IMG/VR virus record: IMGVR_UViG_3300037541_000804
Span: 32,001-96,000 of that record
Length of the DNA stretch: 64,000 bases
Source of the DNA: a virus
Direction: 5' to 3' (one strand)
Shown: in pieces, positions 19,169 through 28,752 of the stretch
How the letters are laid out: each line of letters begins with the position of its first letter
Position numbering within the stretch: position 1 is the stretch's first letter
The notes under the pieces: generated by a model
What the model saw: only the letters and a program-made list of their open reading frames with translations
Told to the model about the DNA's origin: nothing
Databases searched by the model: none
Position numbers and translations under genes: made by a program

Positions 19169-20140
19169 TTACTTGGACAATAAATTAGCCATTTGCGTGG
19201 AGTCCATTTTGCCGCCGTTTTTCTTCAATTCTTCGGCCAAATCTATCTTTTTAGCTGTAGGATCGTAGTATTCCAAGTCTTCTTTTGTCGCGCCGACAAC
19301 ACCAACAGTTGAGTGTTTGCTTCCTTTTGTTGGGTTTTTGTCTCTTTTCTTTTGAGTTTCAACAAAATCGAGTAGTTCTTTTGGCGATTTTCTTATGGAG
19401 TCGGGAATGTTTTCGACATTTTGCAAGATATTTAGGAACATTCTGCCGTAAGCTAGCATCTTTAGTTGATAAATACTCAAAGAAACAACCGAACGGCCAA
19501 AAAAGTCAAACGGTTTCTCTACTTGCGACAAATATAGGGAAAAAGCATCGCTTAACACTGCCTCTTGGATTTTCTCGTCCGTCATTCTGTCCGTCAAGCC
19601 GTAGTATTCTTTCATAAACGGCGAAAGGTCGTCAATTTGATTAAAATCTTCCTGCGAGTATTTCAATTCCCGACATTCCCTATCGGAATACAGGATATTA
19701 CGAATAAACTCTTCATTGGAGAACGAAACAGCATAATCTTCCGCCGTTTTTCCAAAGGGCGCGATGGTGCAAATCAATTCGCGCCGCTTGTTCAAAATTA
19801 CGTTTAGCTCTTTAGCTTGGGCGTCGATTGTTTTTTGAGTTGAGTCTTTTTGGCTTTTTAGTTCTAAGGCTTTTTTAGTATTAGAAAGAGTTTCGATGTA
19901 GCTTTTCTTTTCCTCAATATCAAGTTCGTCCTTGTCCGTCCAGAGGTTGCTCTTTTTTAGCCGCTCAAGGCATTCTTTCTCTGTCGGGACGGATTTTAAG
20001 GCTATCTTTTTTTGCTTTTCGAAAGCATCCGCCAAAACCTTTTGATCACGCAAATTGATATGGCGCAAGTAAACGGCCCCATCCAAAATAGGAGTGAGGC
20101 CGTCAAATATTTCGCAAATTAATGGCGAAAAATCACTCAT
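19169..20140 (-). CDS. probable tail assembly chaperone
   Basis: Charged helical protein directly upstream of the TMP, with its ATG overlapping the 3' end of the previous gene. Confidence 0.5.
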   Translation of the reverse strand: MSDFSPLICEIFDGLTPILDGAVYLRHINLRDQKVLADAFEKQKKIALKSVPTEKECLERLKKSNLWTDKDELDIEEKKSYIETLSNTKKALELKSQKDSTQKTIDAQAKELNVILNKRRELICTIAPFGKTAEDYAVSFSNEEFIRNILYSDRECRELKYSQEDFNQIDDLSPFMKEYYGLTDRMTDEKIQEAVLSDAFSLYLSQVEKPFDFFGRSVVSLSIYQLKMLAYGRMFLNILQNVENIPDSIRKSPKELLDFVETQKKRDKNPTKGSKHSTVGVVGATKEDLEYYDPTAKKIDLAEELKKNGGKMDSTQMANLLSK

Positions 20141-20903
20141 CAGACTTCTCTTCAACCTTTTCGTCCACCTTCTCGATGCTTGTCATACGAGAGGCGAATT
20201 CTTCGGCGGTAATACCCATATTGTAGGCATAAAGGGCGCTGGTTAGGGCGATTTTTTCTTTTGCGGCGGAATAAACAGGTGTTGGGGCTTCCTCTAGTTC
20301 AAAGTAGAACTTTTCCTGATCTTCAAAGTTTGCACCTTCGAACATTTTTTGCGGCTCATCATTTTCGCGTTGGAAGTAGATGAAATTGACGGCAAACCAA
20401 GTGGTAAGATCGGTTTCAGCTTTAGATTCGGCGGTCAAAGCAAAGAGAGATGTTTTGTACTGGTGGAGTTCAATGATCTGATTCTGCAAGAGGGAGAATT
20501 CGTCCTTTAGTTTTTTGATCTTTTGCTTGACGGCTTTCTTGGGTTGAGTGCCAGCGACAATCAGTTCTTCTTGGACTTCGTAGAGGCGGGTCTGGACTTT
20601 GGCCAATTCTTTAGAGCTAGAATCGGAGATGAGTCCGCCGTTGTCAGAATACTTGTTCAAAAGCATGGCCCGCGTCATGAGTTTCTTCTCTTGAATGTAA
20701 TAGTTTACGCGCATAGCGTAAAACAGTTCGGCCTCGCGGGTGTCAATTCGAGATGGTTTCTTGAATAGGAACTTTACAGGAGATTCGACCGTTTCGGTTG
20801 TTTCGACAATAGCTTCCTTGCCGTCAACGGTTTGGGGCTTTTTGACCTGCTTTTCGGTCTTTTCGGTGACGGTGAATTCGTATAGGGGAGTGATTTTGGC
20901 CAT
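20133..20903 (-). CDS. probable tail assembly chaperone
   Basis: Position upstream of the TMP, coiled-coil content, and a CGTTAAT late-motif variant upstream. Confidence 0.5.
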   Translation of the reverse strand: MAKITPLYEFTVTEKTEKQVKKPQTVDGKEAIVETTETVESPVKFLFKKPSRIDTREAELFYAMRVNYYIQEKKLMTRAMLLNKYSDNGGLISDSSSKELAKVQTRLYEVQEELIVAGTQPKKAVKQKIKKLKDEFSLLQNQIIELHQYKTSLFALTAESKAETDLTTWFAVNFIYFQRENDEPQKMFEGANFEDQEKFYFELEEAPTPVYSAAKEKIALTSALYAYNMGITAEEFASRMTSIEKVDEKVEEKSDE

Positions 20904-20922
20904 GGTTTATTAATATTAACGT

Positions 20923-21207
20923 TTAAAGACAGAAAGACACTTCATAATTATCTATTTCTAAATCAGACTCACGAATAACATCGTTGCCCGAATCTAGGAT
21001 TTTCTTACGAAGGCGTTGGTATTTCTCTTTTGAGAATGGATTTCCTACGACGAGAATAGGTATATATTCTTTTGGTAACTTATCGAGAAGATTTCCATAA
21101 AACTCATCATGCGAAGCCTTGACTTCTCCTAGAATTTCTAAGTATTCTTTGAATAACGCGGTAATAAAACGACGCTGCCTTTTTTGAAGAGAGTCCTTTG
21201 CTTGCAT
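20923..21207 (-). CDS. hypothetical late protein
   Basis: ATG at 21207 with GTGTAAC at 21233-21239. Confidence 0.55.
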   Translation of the reverse strand: MQAKDSLQKRQRRFITALFKEYLEILGEVKASHDEFYGNLLDKLPKEYIPILVVGNPFSKEKYQRLRKKILDSGNDVIRESDLEIDNYEVSFCL

Positions 21208-21262
21208 GTGGAAATCCTTAATCCTGAAAAGCGTTACACGCAAAAGGGGTGTAATTCCTTAT

Positions 21263-22572
21263 ATGGCACGCAAAGAAAACATCCTCCTTTAGGTGAAGGA
21301 TGAATTTCCGCTAAATATTTAACAATTATCGAAGATTTTGATAAATCCAGTGTAATATATGATGAGTGACGCATTGTGCTTACAAATTCCGCATCTATCC
21401 AACGCCAGAACAGGAAACTGTTTTGCGGCAGACAATCGGCTGCTGCCGATTTGTCTATAACTGGGCGCTGGCTCAGCGGCGCGAGGCGTGGGTAACAAGC
21501 AAGAAAAGCGTTTCTTACAATGCAACGTCTAAAGGTTTGACGGAATTGAAGGAATCGCCCGAGAAAGCGTGGCTCAACAGCGTCTCAAGCGTTTGCTTGC
21601 AACAAAGTTTGCGCAATCTTGATTCGGCGTTTGTAAACTTCTTTAAGAAACGAGCTTGCTATCCAGTTTTTAAAACACGAAAGAATGGTGGAAACGCACG
21701 TTTTCTAGACAACGCCTTCCGAATTGACGGAAACAATCTTTTTCTTGCTAAAATTAAAACGCCTCTCAAAGTTATTTGGTCGCGCAAACTCTCTGGAGAG
21801 CCAAGTCAGTGTGTTGTTTCGCAAAACGCCAGCGGTCAATGGTTTGCCAGCCTTCTATGTGAAGAGGAAATCTCTAAGCTCCCGCACTCCGACAAAAGGA
21901 TCGGTATCGACTTGGGAATCGAAACATTCGCGTCAACGAGTGACGGGCAGAAGTTTGGACAACCAAAGCGTATTCGTCGCTTGCGCCAAAAATTGGTTCG
22001 CTTACAACGATTGCATTCTCGCAAGCAGAAGGGTTCTAAGAACCGCGAAAAGGCTAGGCTTAAAGTTGCCCGCCTTCATCAGCATATCGCCGACACGCGA
22101 AACGATTTTCTCCACAAACTATCCACCAAGCTCATTCGTGAAAACCAAACGATTGCGCTAGAGGATTTGGCCGTTAAAAACATGGTTAAGAACCGCAAAC
22201 TTTCTCGACGTATAAGCGAGCAAGGCTGGCGGAGTTTCCGAACTATGCTTGAATATAAGGCTGAGTGGTATGGGAGAGAACTACTCATCGTAGATCGCTG
22301 GTTCCCAAGTAGCAAGACTTGTTCTTGTTGCGGGAGAAAAGCCGATCTTTCTTTGAAAGATCGCAAATGGACATGCGAATGTGGGGCCACGCATGACCGA
22401 GACATTAACGCCGCCAAGAATATCCTCGCCGCTGGACAAGCGGTGCCATTTGCCTGTGGAGCAGACGCAAGACCATCGAAGGACTACGTTCTTCGGGGCA
22501 GTCCGCAACGAAGCAGGAAACCCAAGGCGTGAGCCAAGGAATTCACGCCGTTCACGGCGGGGAGTATGTCAA
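21263..22572 (+). mobile_element. non-autonomous IS200/IS605-family (IS1341-like) element carrying tnpB only
   Basis: Left-end hairpin CATCCTCCTTTAGGTGAAGGATG (21280-21302) downstream of TTAT (21259-21262). Right end is GAAT, hairpin CGCCGTTCACGGCG, then TCAA ending at 22572. No tnpA. Confidence 0.85.
21366..22532 (+). CDS. tnpB: TnpB RNA-guided endonuclease
   Basis: AYKFRIYPT...GCCRFVYN. RuvC residues intact (IGIDLG, IALEDL, HDRDINAA), plus a zinc finger (CSCCG...CECG). Confidence 0.95.
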   Translation: MTHCAYKFRIYPTPEQETVLRQTIGCCRFVYNWALAQRREAWVTSKKSVSYNATSKGLTELKESPEKAWLNSVSSVCLQQSLRNLDSAFVNFFKKRACYPVFKTRKNGGNARFLDNAFRIDGNNLFLAKIKTPLKVIWSRKLSGEPSQCVVSQNASGQWFASLLCEEEISKLPHSDKRIGIDLGIETFASTSDGQKFGQPKRIRRLRQKLVRLQRLHSRKQKGSKNREKARLKVARLHQHIADTRNDFLHKLSTKLIRENQTIALEDLAVKNMVKNRKLSRRISEQGWRSFRTMLEYKAEWYGRELLIVDRWFPSSKTCSCCGRKADLSLKDRKWTCECGATHDRDINAAKNILAAGQAVPFACGADARPSKDYVLRGSPQRSRKPKA

Positions 22573-22590
22573 TTAACACAGGCTCAAAAG
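22400..22590 (+). ncRNA. TnpB omega/reRNA; predicted guide TTAACACAGGCTCAAAAG from 22573
   Basis: Established TnpB architecture: the scaffold overlaps the 3' end of tnpB and the right end, and the guide is the flank after TCAA. The 5' boundary is approximate. Confidence 0.7.
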
Positions 22591-22612
22591 GGATGCGATT
22601 AGTAGTCTTGTG
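22573..22612 (+). pseudogene. relic 5' end of another allele of the 22711-23172 gene
   Basis: Reads LTQAQK(+1 nt)DAISSLV, versus LTQAQKNTISGLI in the intact gene. Confidence 0.75.
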
Positions 22613-22710
22613 AAGAAGAAGAGTAATTTGTAATCATTTCGGCTATTTCTAGCTTTAGATAAGGGTCGGTATTGGGGAGGCGCAACTTTACTTAAAGTGT
22701 AATAAATAAC

Positions 22711-23172
22711 ATGGCTATTAGCTACCTGACACAAGCTCAAAAAAACACAATCAGCGGCCTCATAGACTCGATCCATTTAACGTTTGCAGTTGATGTTACC
22801 GCTTTTCAAATAAGTAAGAAAGCCGCTTTAACCGCCGACCCAAGTTTCAACTCAATTTACCGCCAAAACTCAGCGCAAGTTTCTTCCACGGAGCGTTCTT
22901 TAACGTTCAAAGCTCGTATTCGCTACTTAAAAATGGGAGAGGAGCTAATGACAGAATCAGACGGCTCAAATGCTACGAGCATTCAAGGGAGAGTTATTTT
23001 GCCCGTTGGCAGCGTGAAAATGAAAGTGGATAACACTGCTCACGAATTCTTAGAAACGGCCAAACGTGTGGAGATTAGCGGCAAAAGATTCATTGTTAAT
23101 GGCCATGCTCGGGCTATCGGGATGTTCGACAAGTCCCAATACTGGGAATACTTTTTAACGCCAACAGATTAA
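22711..23172 (+). CDS. probable head-closure/stopper (neck) protein
   Basis: First gene of the neck/tail-tube block, beta-rich 153 aa, with GTGTAAT 7 nt upstream of the ATG. Confidence 0.5.
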   Translation: MAISYLTQAQKNTISGLIDSIHLTFAVDVTAFQISKKAALTADPSFNSIYRQNSAQVSSTERSLTFKARIRYLKMGEELMTESDGSNATSIQGRVILPVGSVKMKVDNTAHEFLETAKRVEISGKRFIVNGHARAIGMFDKSQYWEYFLTPTD

Positions 23173-23813
23173 TGGCTCGAAAGTTATCCATCAAACGAAT
23201 CAGTGACTTTATCCGCCGCAAAGTAACGGAAAGCAAAATCGTTCAATTTGCCCTACGAAAAACTATAGAAGCTCGAATCCGTCCTCTTTTCAACCAAATT
23301 CGCCAAGAGATGCTAGAAGAATTTGATAACCACCCAATTACAGAAGAAATCGACATGGGGCCAAAATTCGGCTACGAGTCAAGGTTTTTGGGCGGGTATG
23401 GAGACTTGTTTTCTTTCATAGGTTTTGAGAGAGATGATAATCCAACGAAACCAATTCGAGAGATATTTCGCGGTCTAAGACTGTATTCTGTAACCTCAAA
23501 AGGTCTTGATCACGTTTATGAAGTAAGAAACTATCCTACCGCACAAGATATTTTCCGTATTACACCAATGCCGTGGAAAAAGGGCGCATCTTGGGCCGAA
23601 GGTATTGAAAAAGGCATCTCTGGCTTGGGAAGATACTTAAATATTGAATATCAACAAGGCCGCTCTCAGGCTGGTATCCAAGTAAAAACCAAGAAAAACT
23701 TTCGCCCCGCCTTCCAAACAGCTCCTTATATCACTGAAATAATAAAAAAATATCGCGCCAGATTCTTGGAAATTTCCAATCTAAAATTGCTCGGCATCCC
23801 TAAAACTCCATGA
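23172..23813 (+). CDS. probable neck / tail-completion protein
   Basis: Basic protein lying between the putative stopper and tail terminator. Confidence 0.45.
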   Translation: MARKLSIKRISDFIRRKVTESKIVQFALRKTIEARIRPLFNQIRQEMLEEFDNHPITEEIDMGPKFGYESRFLGGYGDLFSFIGFERDDNPTKPIREIFRGLRLYSVTSKGLDHVYEVRNYPTAQDIFRITPMPWKKGASWAEGIEKGISGLGRYLNIEYQQGRSQAGIQVKTKKNFRPAFQTAPYITEIIKKYRARFLEISNLKLLGIPKTP

Positions 23814-24670
23814 TTCTTCCTCAATTTATTCACAAAGTTACCTCGTCTTTTTATCTTTGGGCGGATCATATTCTCTTGGATAGAGGCCAAGCTTACACAA
23901 ATACAACTGGCGCTTTTACCAATTATACGGACGAAAGACTACCAGATGCGTTTGAAGCGTTTGGTTGCCCACATAAAGAGTGGGTTGCGGATTCTTCTGT
24001 GTCTGGCGCGGTTGTGCCGTCTGGGTTTTATGTCGGCGGGTCTTTTCGAGCTAGGGCCGATTCGTTCAACCTTGATTTTATTAATGGGCGCGTAATTACA
24101 AGCGGGATTAGCACGTCTCAGTCAATTACTGGTTCGTATTCCGTAAAGGACTTCAACATCTATGCCACAAATCAGGACGAGGAAAGTTTAATTGTTGAAA
24201 TGTGCGAAAATTATTCAGCGCAATACAATTCTATTGGCACGGACATTTCCACGCCGTATCTTGCGCCGTATTCCCAAAAAGTTCCCGCGATTTTCATCAA
24301 TACACAAACACAAGAAAACGTTCCTTTTGCTTTGGGCGGAACAGACAATTCTCAAGTTCGCGTCAACATGACGATTTTTTCTAAAACACCCTATGAACTA
24401 GATGGCGTATTAGGACTTTTCGCAGACACAAGTGACGAAGTTTTCAAAGAGTTGCCCCTAGAATCGGCCCCTATGACCGAATGGGGAGAGATTAAAAACG
24501 GCAATTATAATTACAATAATTTGGTAGCCGCAAGCGGAATCTCCAACATATCTATTGATTCCGTCAAAACAAGCAAAGTTTCCGACTCTCTAAAGAGAAG
24601 CTTGAAGACTGAACTGTATATTGGTTTCGCCGATTTTGAACTTTCCCAACCAAGAAACCCTAGAGTTTAA
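23810..24670 (+). CDS. probable tail terminator protein
   Basis: Directly upstream of the tube gene, with a terminator-like VPAIFI...FALGG pattern. Confidence 0.5.
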   Translation: MILPQFIHKVTSSFYLWADHILLDRGQAYTNTTGAFTNYTDERLPDAFEAFGCPHKEWVADSSVSGAVVPSGFYVGGSFRARADSFNLDFINGRVITSGISTSQSITGSYSVKDFNIYATNQDEESLIVEMCENYSAQYNSIGTDISTPYLAPYSQKVPAIFINTQTQENVPFALGGTDNSQVRVNMTIFSKTPYELDGVLGLFADTSDEVFKELPLESAPMTEWGEIKNGNYNYNNLVAASGISNISIDSVKTSKVSDSLKRSLKTELYIGFADFELSQPRNPRV

Positions 24671-24720
24671 AGTTTTCAGTAAATTTTGGTGTAACAACTA
24701 ATAACTCTTTCTAAAACTAT

Positions 24721-25845
24721 ATGGCAAAAAATCGTTCCCTCTATAATGCTCTTGGCGTCTATGCCTCCCAATTCGTCACTAGTACTGGTAGCGGCCAGCA
24801 TGTTCAACTAAAGCGCGTTCAAAGCGTTGGTCACTCGTCTGAAATTAATCGTACAGACGTTCTACAACTTGGAGATTTAGCCAGAATTGGAGCTATTGTA
24901 ACCTCTCCTCCTACTGTTTCTGCTGATTTGACCTATCTTCTTTCTGACGGGGCTGTAGAAAAAGCCCTTGGCTTCTACGTTCAAAATCCAAGCTCTCTTG
25001 GCGAAGCAAACTTTGCATCTGGTCAGATGGTTTCTTCTAGCGGCCTCAATTTGTTCGTTGTAGAAGGATCAGAAGGTTTCGATTTGAATCGTGAAACATC
25101 TCTCTCTGGGAAAGCAATCGTAGCTCTTGGAAACTGTTTCCTTTCAAATTACTCCGTAGAAGCTGCTGTCGGCGGATTCCCAACGGTGTCCGTTTCCTTT
25201 GATGCATCCAACAAACTTGCCGATTCATACTACCACTTGGGAGCAATCACTGGAACTCAAAACCCAGCCGTAGATATTGTTAATGGTCAACCAATTTCCT
25301 CCGCTACTGGCGTTCGCCTACCAATCCCGACTACTGGAGATGGCGCTATTGCACTTCGCCCAGGAGACGTGACGATTTCCTTTGGCACTCTTACTGGAAC
25401 TTCTGCGACTAAAGCCTCTGCTTTCAGCGCATTAGAAGGTGCGGATGGTCTTCGCGTTCAAAGCGTTTCTCTTTCTCTCCCTCTGTCTAGAACCCCAATC
25501 GAACAACTTGGTTCTCGCTTCCCATTTGCGCGTCCTGTTGATTTCCCAATCACAGCATCCCTCTCTGTATCCGCTCTAGCCAATGAGCAAGTTAAACGTA
25601 ATCTCGCTTCAATGCTTGATGACGTTTCCACTAGCGATATTACCATTGTAATTAACCAACCAGATGGTTCTGGAGGCGTTCGTTACGTTCTAAAAGGCGC
25701 TCAATTTGACAGCGAAAGTTCTTCTATTGATATTGGTTCGAATCGCACCGTTGATCTTAGCTTCTCCGCTCAAGTTGGTGGCCCAAATACCACTAATGTT
25801 GGCGTGTTTATGAGTGGGAGTCACAATGGAGCAGTATTCGCCTAA
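24721..25845 (+). CDS. major tail tube protein
   Basis: Ser/Gly/Val-rich duplicated tube fold (RVQSV occurs twice), own late promoter (24689-24695) and a strong downstream terminator. Confidence 0.75.
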   Translation: MAKNRSLYNALGVYASQFVTSTGSGQHVQLKRVQSVGHSSEINRTDVLQLGDLARIGAIVTSPPTVSADLTYLLSDGAVEKALGFYVQNPSSLGEANFASGQMVSSSGLNLFVVEGSEGFDLNRETSLSGKAIVALGNCFLSNYSVEAAVGGFPTVSVSFDASNKLADSYYHLGAITGTQNPAVDIVNGQPISSATGVRLPIPTTGDGAIALRPGDVTISFGTLTGTSATKASAFSALEGADGLRVQSVSLSLPLSRTPIEQLGSRFPFARPVDFPITASLSVSALANEQVKRNLASMLDDVSTSDITIVINQPDGSGGVRYVLKGAQFDSESSSIDIGSNRTVDLSFSAQVGGPNTTNVGVFMSGSHNGAVFA

Positions 25846-25897
25846 TTAACCTTTAAAGGCCGCATTAGCCTAAAAACTAGCGGCTAAACTCCTTAAC

Positions 25898-25930
25898 AAA
25901 AAAGCCCGCCGATTTGGCGGGCTTTTTCTT
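25898..25930. terminator. bidirectional intrinsic terminator
   Basis: AAAAAAGCCCGCC-gattt-GGCGGGCTTTTT between convergent genes. Confidence 0.85.
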
Positions 25931-25938
25931 TGGCCGAA

Positions 25939-26391
25939 TTAGCTAGACAATTGGTCCCAAAGGCTTTTGTAATACATCCCATACCCCAGCATAATTTGCC
26001 GAAACCGTAGGGTTGTTATGGAATGTTTCGCGCCAGACTTGTCGGCAATAACTTGGCTTGTGTCATTGCTAATCAAACCTAGAGACAATGCTTCTTGCAC
26101 CAGGGTTAACATTTGAGTGAATGCGTTTCTGTCAGATTCAGCCAAACCAAGAACAAAGCCTTCTGGCTCAACTTGATAACCCTTGGACACTAATGGATTT
26201 GAATGGATGTTTCCATTTTCGACAAACATTTGAATAGCATCATCTAAAGAGTCTGCCCAAATCCAACCATCCACTGGATACTCATATGAATCTTTATCAG
26301 CCACTACCAGCATGTAGCCAGGGCCATCCACTATATTTGGGGCAAATAAAATTTGCGTTTCGTCTTTTTTGTAAAATCCTGCGTTGTTCAT
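25939..26391 (-). CDS. probable fibre-associated/chaperone protein
   Basis: Follows the receptor-binding gene; YEYPVDGWIW motif. Confidence 0.45.
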   Translation of the reverse strand: MNNAGFYKKDETQILFAPNIVDGPGYMLVVADKDSYEYPVDGWIWADSLDDAIQMFVENGNIHSNPLVSKGYQVEPEGFVLGLAESDRNAFTQMLTLVQEALSLGLISNDTSQVIADKSGAKHSITTLRFRQIMLGYGMYYKSLWDQLSS

Positions 26392-26395
26392 AAAA

Positions 26396-28750
26396 TTAAC
26401 CTGTTACTGCGAACCCTTTGAGAATAGCTTTGTATGTGCCTAGCAAGCGAAACGCTAGTGTCTGTGCTGAACCACCAGCCATGGGTCTTGACATGGTGAC
26501 GCTTGTATTAGGCACAATGCTAACAATGGTTGAATTGTATTTCGCTGTTCCAGAGCCATTGGTTGTTAATGGTAATGCTGCTCCACCCAATGTGCTAGCT
26601 ACTTGAAAATTATCAGCAGCAGCATTAACCACAAAATAAATTGTATTAATTACAATGCCCGTTGTTGTGGTGATGACTGAGAAAGCAACTTCATTTCCAT
26701 CGCTCAATCCATGTGCTGTAAGATTTACTAAATCACCAGCATCAGTAAATGTTACTGCTCGTCCTGTTGTGAGACTAGTATTGGTTCCAGTGACTTGCAT
26801 ACCAGCAGATAATCCAGTGGTGCTAGCCATTGTGATGGTTGTAGAACCAGCAGCAGGTGTTCCAGTTAATGAGACTGGTGTTGGAGCACCCCAGGTATTT
26901 GATATAGTTAAGGTTCTTGTTGCTCCTACGAGTGCTGTTCCTAAATTTGTAAAGATTGTTTCAAGCGCATCTTTTGCAAGTTTGCATTGGCTAAAAGATG
27001 CAGTAACTCTTAAATTAGTAGCATTAAAAGTAGCCAAGCTAAAGCAGTTAGTGAGTGTTAAACCACCAACTAAATTCAAATTCATGGCAGGAATTTCAGT
27101 TAAGCTATAACAGTAATAAAACGCGTTTGTCATATCAGTTGCAGCAACTGTATTAAACGCAGGAATAGTCATTAAACTGACACAGCTATTAAATGCAGAA
27201 CTAAATGAAGTCACTTTAATGGTATTAAATAATGGTATCACTTTTAAAGCATAACAGCTAAGAAACATACTGTCAAAAGTAGTAACATTTGCTGTATTAA
27301 ACAAAGGTACAGATGATAAGCTATAACAGTTGCGGAACATGCCACCCGTGCTTGTAACTGCACTGGTATTAAATAATGGAACTGTTACTAAACTATGGCA
27401 ATTTAGGAACATGCTACTCATGTTTGTGACTGCTACAGTATTAAATAAAGGAACTGTTTTCAAACTAATACAGGATGAAAACATAGTGCTCATGTTTGTT
27501 ACTTTAACAGTATTCATTAATCCAACATTAATTAATGAATAACAGCCACTAAACATGCTATCCATGCTTAATACATTAGCCGCATTAAATGCTGGAACAT
27601 TTTGCAGTGCATAGCAATTTGTGAACATGGATGCCATAGTGGTAGCAGTGATAGTATTAAACAACGGTACAGTTTCTAAAACATAACAATTTGTAAACAT
27701 ATTGCCCATCTGCGTCACCGCTACAGTATTGAATAATGGTACTGACACTAGGCTATGGCAGTTTATAAACATGCTACTCACATCTGTTACCCTAACTGTA
27801 TTAAATAAAGGAACTGTTTTAAGGGAGTAACAAACCTGAAACATTTGACTCATAATAGTACAGCTACGAGTATCATATAGCGGTACACTCACCAATGAAT
27901 AACATTGGTAAAACATAGTTCTCATAGTTGTCACTGCTGCTGTATTAAATAGTGGAGCTACTGATAAACTACGACAATCATAAAACATTGATTCAGTAGT
28001 AAGCAAACCTGATAAATTTGCATTAGAACTGAATCTAACATCTAATAAACACCAACAGAAAGCAAACATACCTGATGTGGTTGTTACTGCTGCTGTTACA
28101 CCAACATCAACAAGCAACAAACTATACATGCTGTATAGTAAATTTGCAAAACTGGTTAATGTGCCTGTATTGATAAAATTAATGTATCTGCAACGTCTGG
28201 GATATATAGTAGATGAACCGTTTATTGTCCCAATTGTTAATGATGTTAGATTTGGAGCAGAAAGATATATTTCGTGTATGGGTTGACTATAATAGTTAAC
28301 CGACAACATGGAAGAGTGGCTGGTCTGAAGATTTACAGATGTTATATTTGCTCCTCCTTGTGGTGTTATAATCACCCATGCTTGCTTAAACCCATCAGAT
28401 GTTAAAGTGGAATTGGTTGGATCAAATGTTGCAAAATCATAGGAGTATTGTGCTGCTGTACCAGATGAGACGTTTTGTGGTGCTGTTCCATCTCCCCAAT
28501 CAACTGTATAGTTGCCTGCAATGGTAAAAGCTAGATAATTAGATGAATCATTTGATATAAAAACCAACAACGCAATCTTCTGTTCTGCGCTAGAGATAAC
28601 AGGAGGTGTAAGCAAATCGGTGGGACGATCTGTGCTAGTTGAAGCCGCAATGGGTTTTTTTAGATTATTAAATCTATTATACCCCATGAAAGAGGATGAG
28701 ATGATTTTATCCGCAGACGTTGCTGCTTTCTGGCCGTATCTGATGCTCAT
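26396..28750 (-). CDS. BspA/DUF285-type leucine-rich-repeat protein, probable receptor-binding protein
   Basis: About 14 tandem ~23-aa repeats (VPLFNTxxVTxMxxMFxxCxSL) and a PKD-like YTVDWGDG. Confidence 0.8.
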   Translation of the reverse strand: MSIRYGQKAATSADKIISSSFMGYNRFNNLKKPIAASTSTDRPTDLLTPPVISSAEQKIALLVFISNDSSNYLAFTIAGNYTVDWGDGTAPQNVSSGTAAQYSYDFATFDPTNSTLTSDGFKQAWVIITPQGGANITSVNLQTSHSSMLSVNYYSQPIHEIYLSAPNLTSLTIGTINGSSTIYPRRCRYINFINTGTLTSFANLLYSMYSLLLVDVGVTAAVTTTSGMFAFCWCLLDVRFSSNANLSGLLTTESMFYDCRSLSVAPLFNTAAVTTMRTMFYQCYSLVSVPLYDTRSCTIMSQMFQVCYSLKTVPLFNTVRVTDVSSMFINCHSLVSVPLFNTVAVTQMGNMFTNCYVLETVPLFNTITATTMASMFTNCYALQNVPAFNAANVLSMDSMFSGCYSLINVGLMNTVKVTNMSTMFSSCISLKTVPLFNTVAVTNMSSMFLNCHSLVTVPLFNTSAVTSTGGMFRNCYSLSSVPLFNTANVTTFDSMFLSCYALKVIPLFNTIKVTSFSSAFNSCVSLMTIPAFNTVAATDMTNAFYYCYSLTEIPAMNLNLVGGLTLTNCFSLATFNATNLRVTASFSQCKLAKDALETIFTNLGTALVGATRTLTISNTWGAPTPVSLTGTPAAGSTTITMASTTGLSAGMQVTGTNTSLTTGRAVTFTDAGDLVNLTAHGLSDGNEVAFSVITTTTGIVINTIYFVVNAAADNFQVASTLGGAALPLTTNGSGTAKYNSTIVSIVPNTSVTMSRPMAGGSAQTLAFRLLGTYKAILKGFAVTG

Positions 28751-28752
28751 AA

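Noticed and set aside
20133-20180. Programmed -1 frameshift between the tail chaperone genes
   Set aside because: No X XXY YYZ slippery heptamer is seen near the overlap. The second gene has its own ATG overlapping the end of the first.
21263-21270. ATGGCA after GTGTAAT as the original start codon of the interrupted gene
   Set aside because: The spacing fits, but joining it to the relic is out of frame, whereas TTAT|TTAACA restores Y-L-T-Q. I kept the TTAT boundary as more likely, though the exact left end is not certain.
21263-22572. TnpB element as an IStron (group I intron that splices out to restore the gene)
   Set aside because: Only about 100 nt lie between the left end and tnpB, too short for a group I core. 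The downstream relic has a 1-nt insertion and diverges after 13 codons.
27100-28150. CRISPR-like periodic repeats
   Set aside because: The 69-bp periodicity is the coding LRR repeat. There are no identical repeats with unique spacers and no cas genes.
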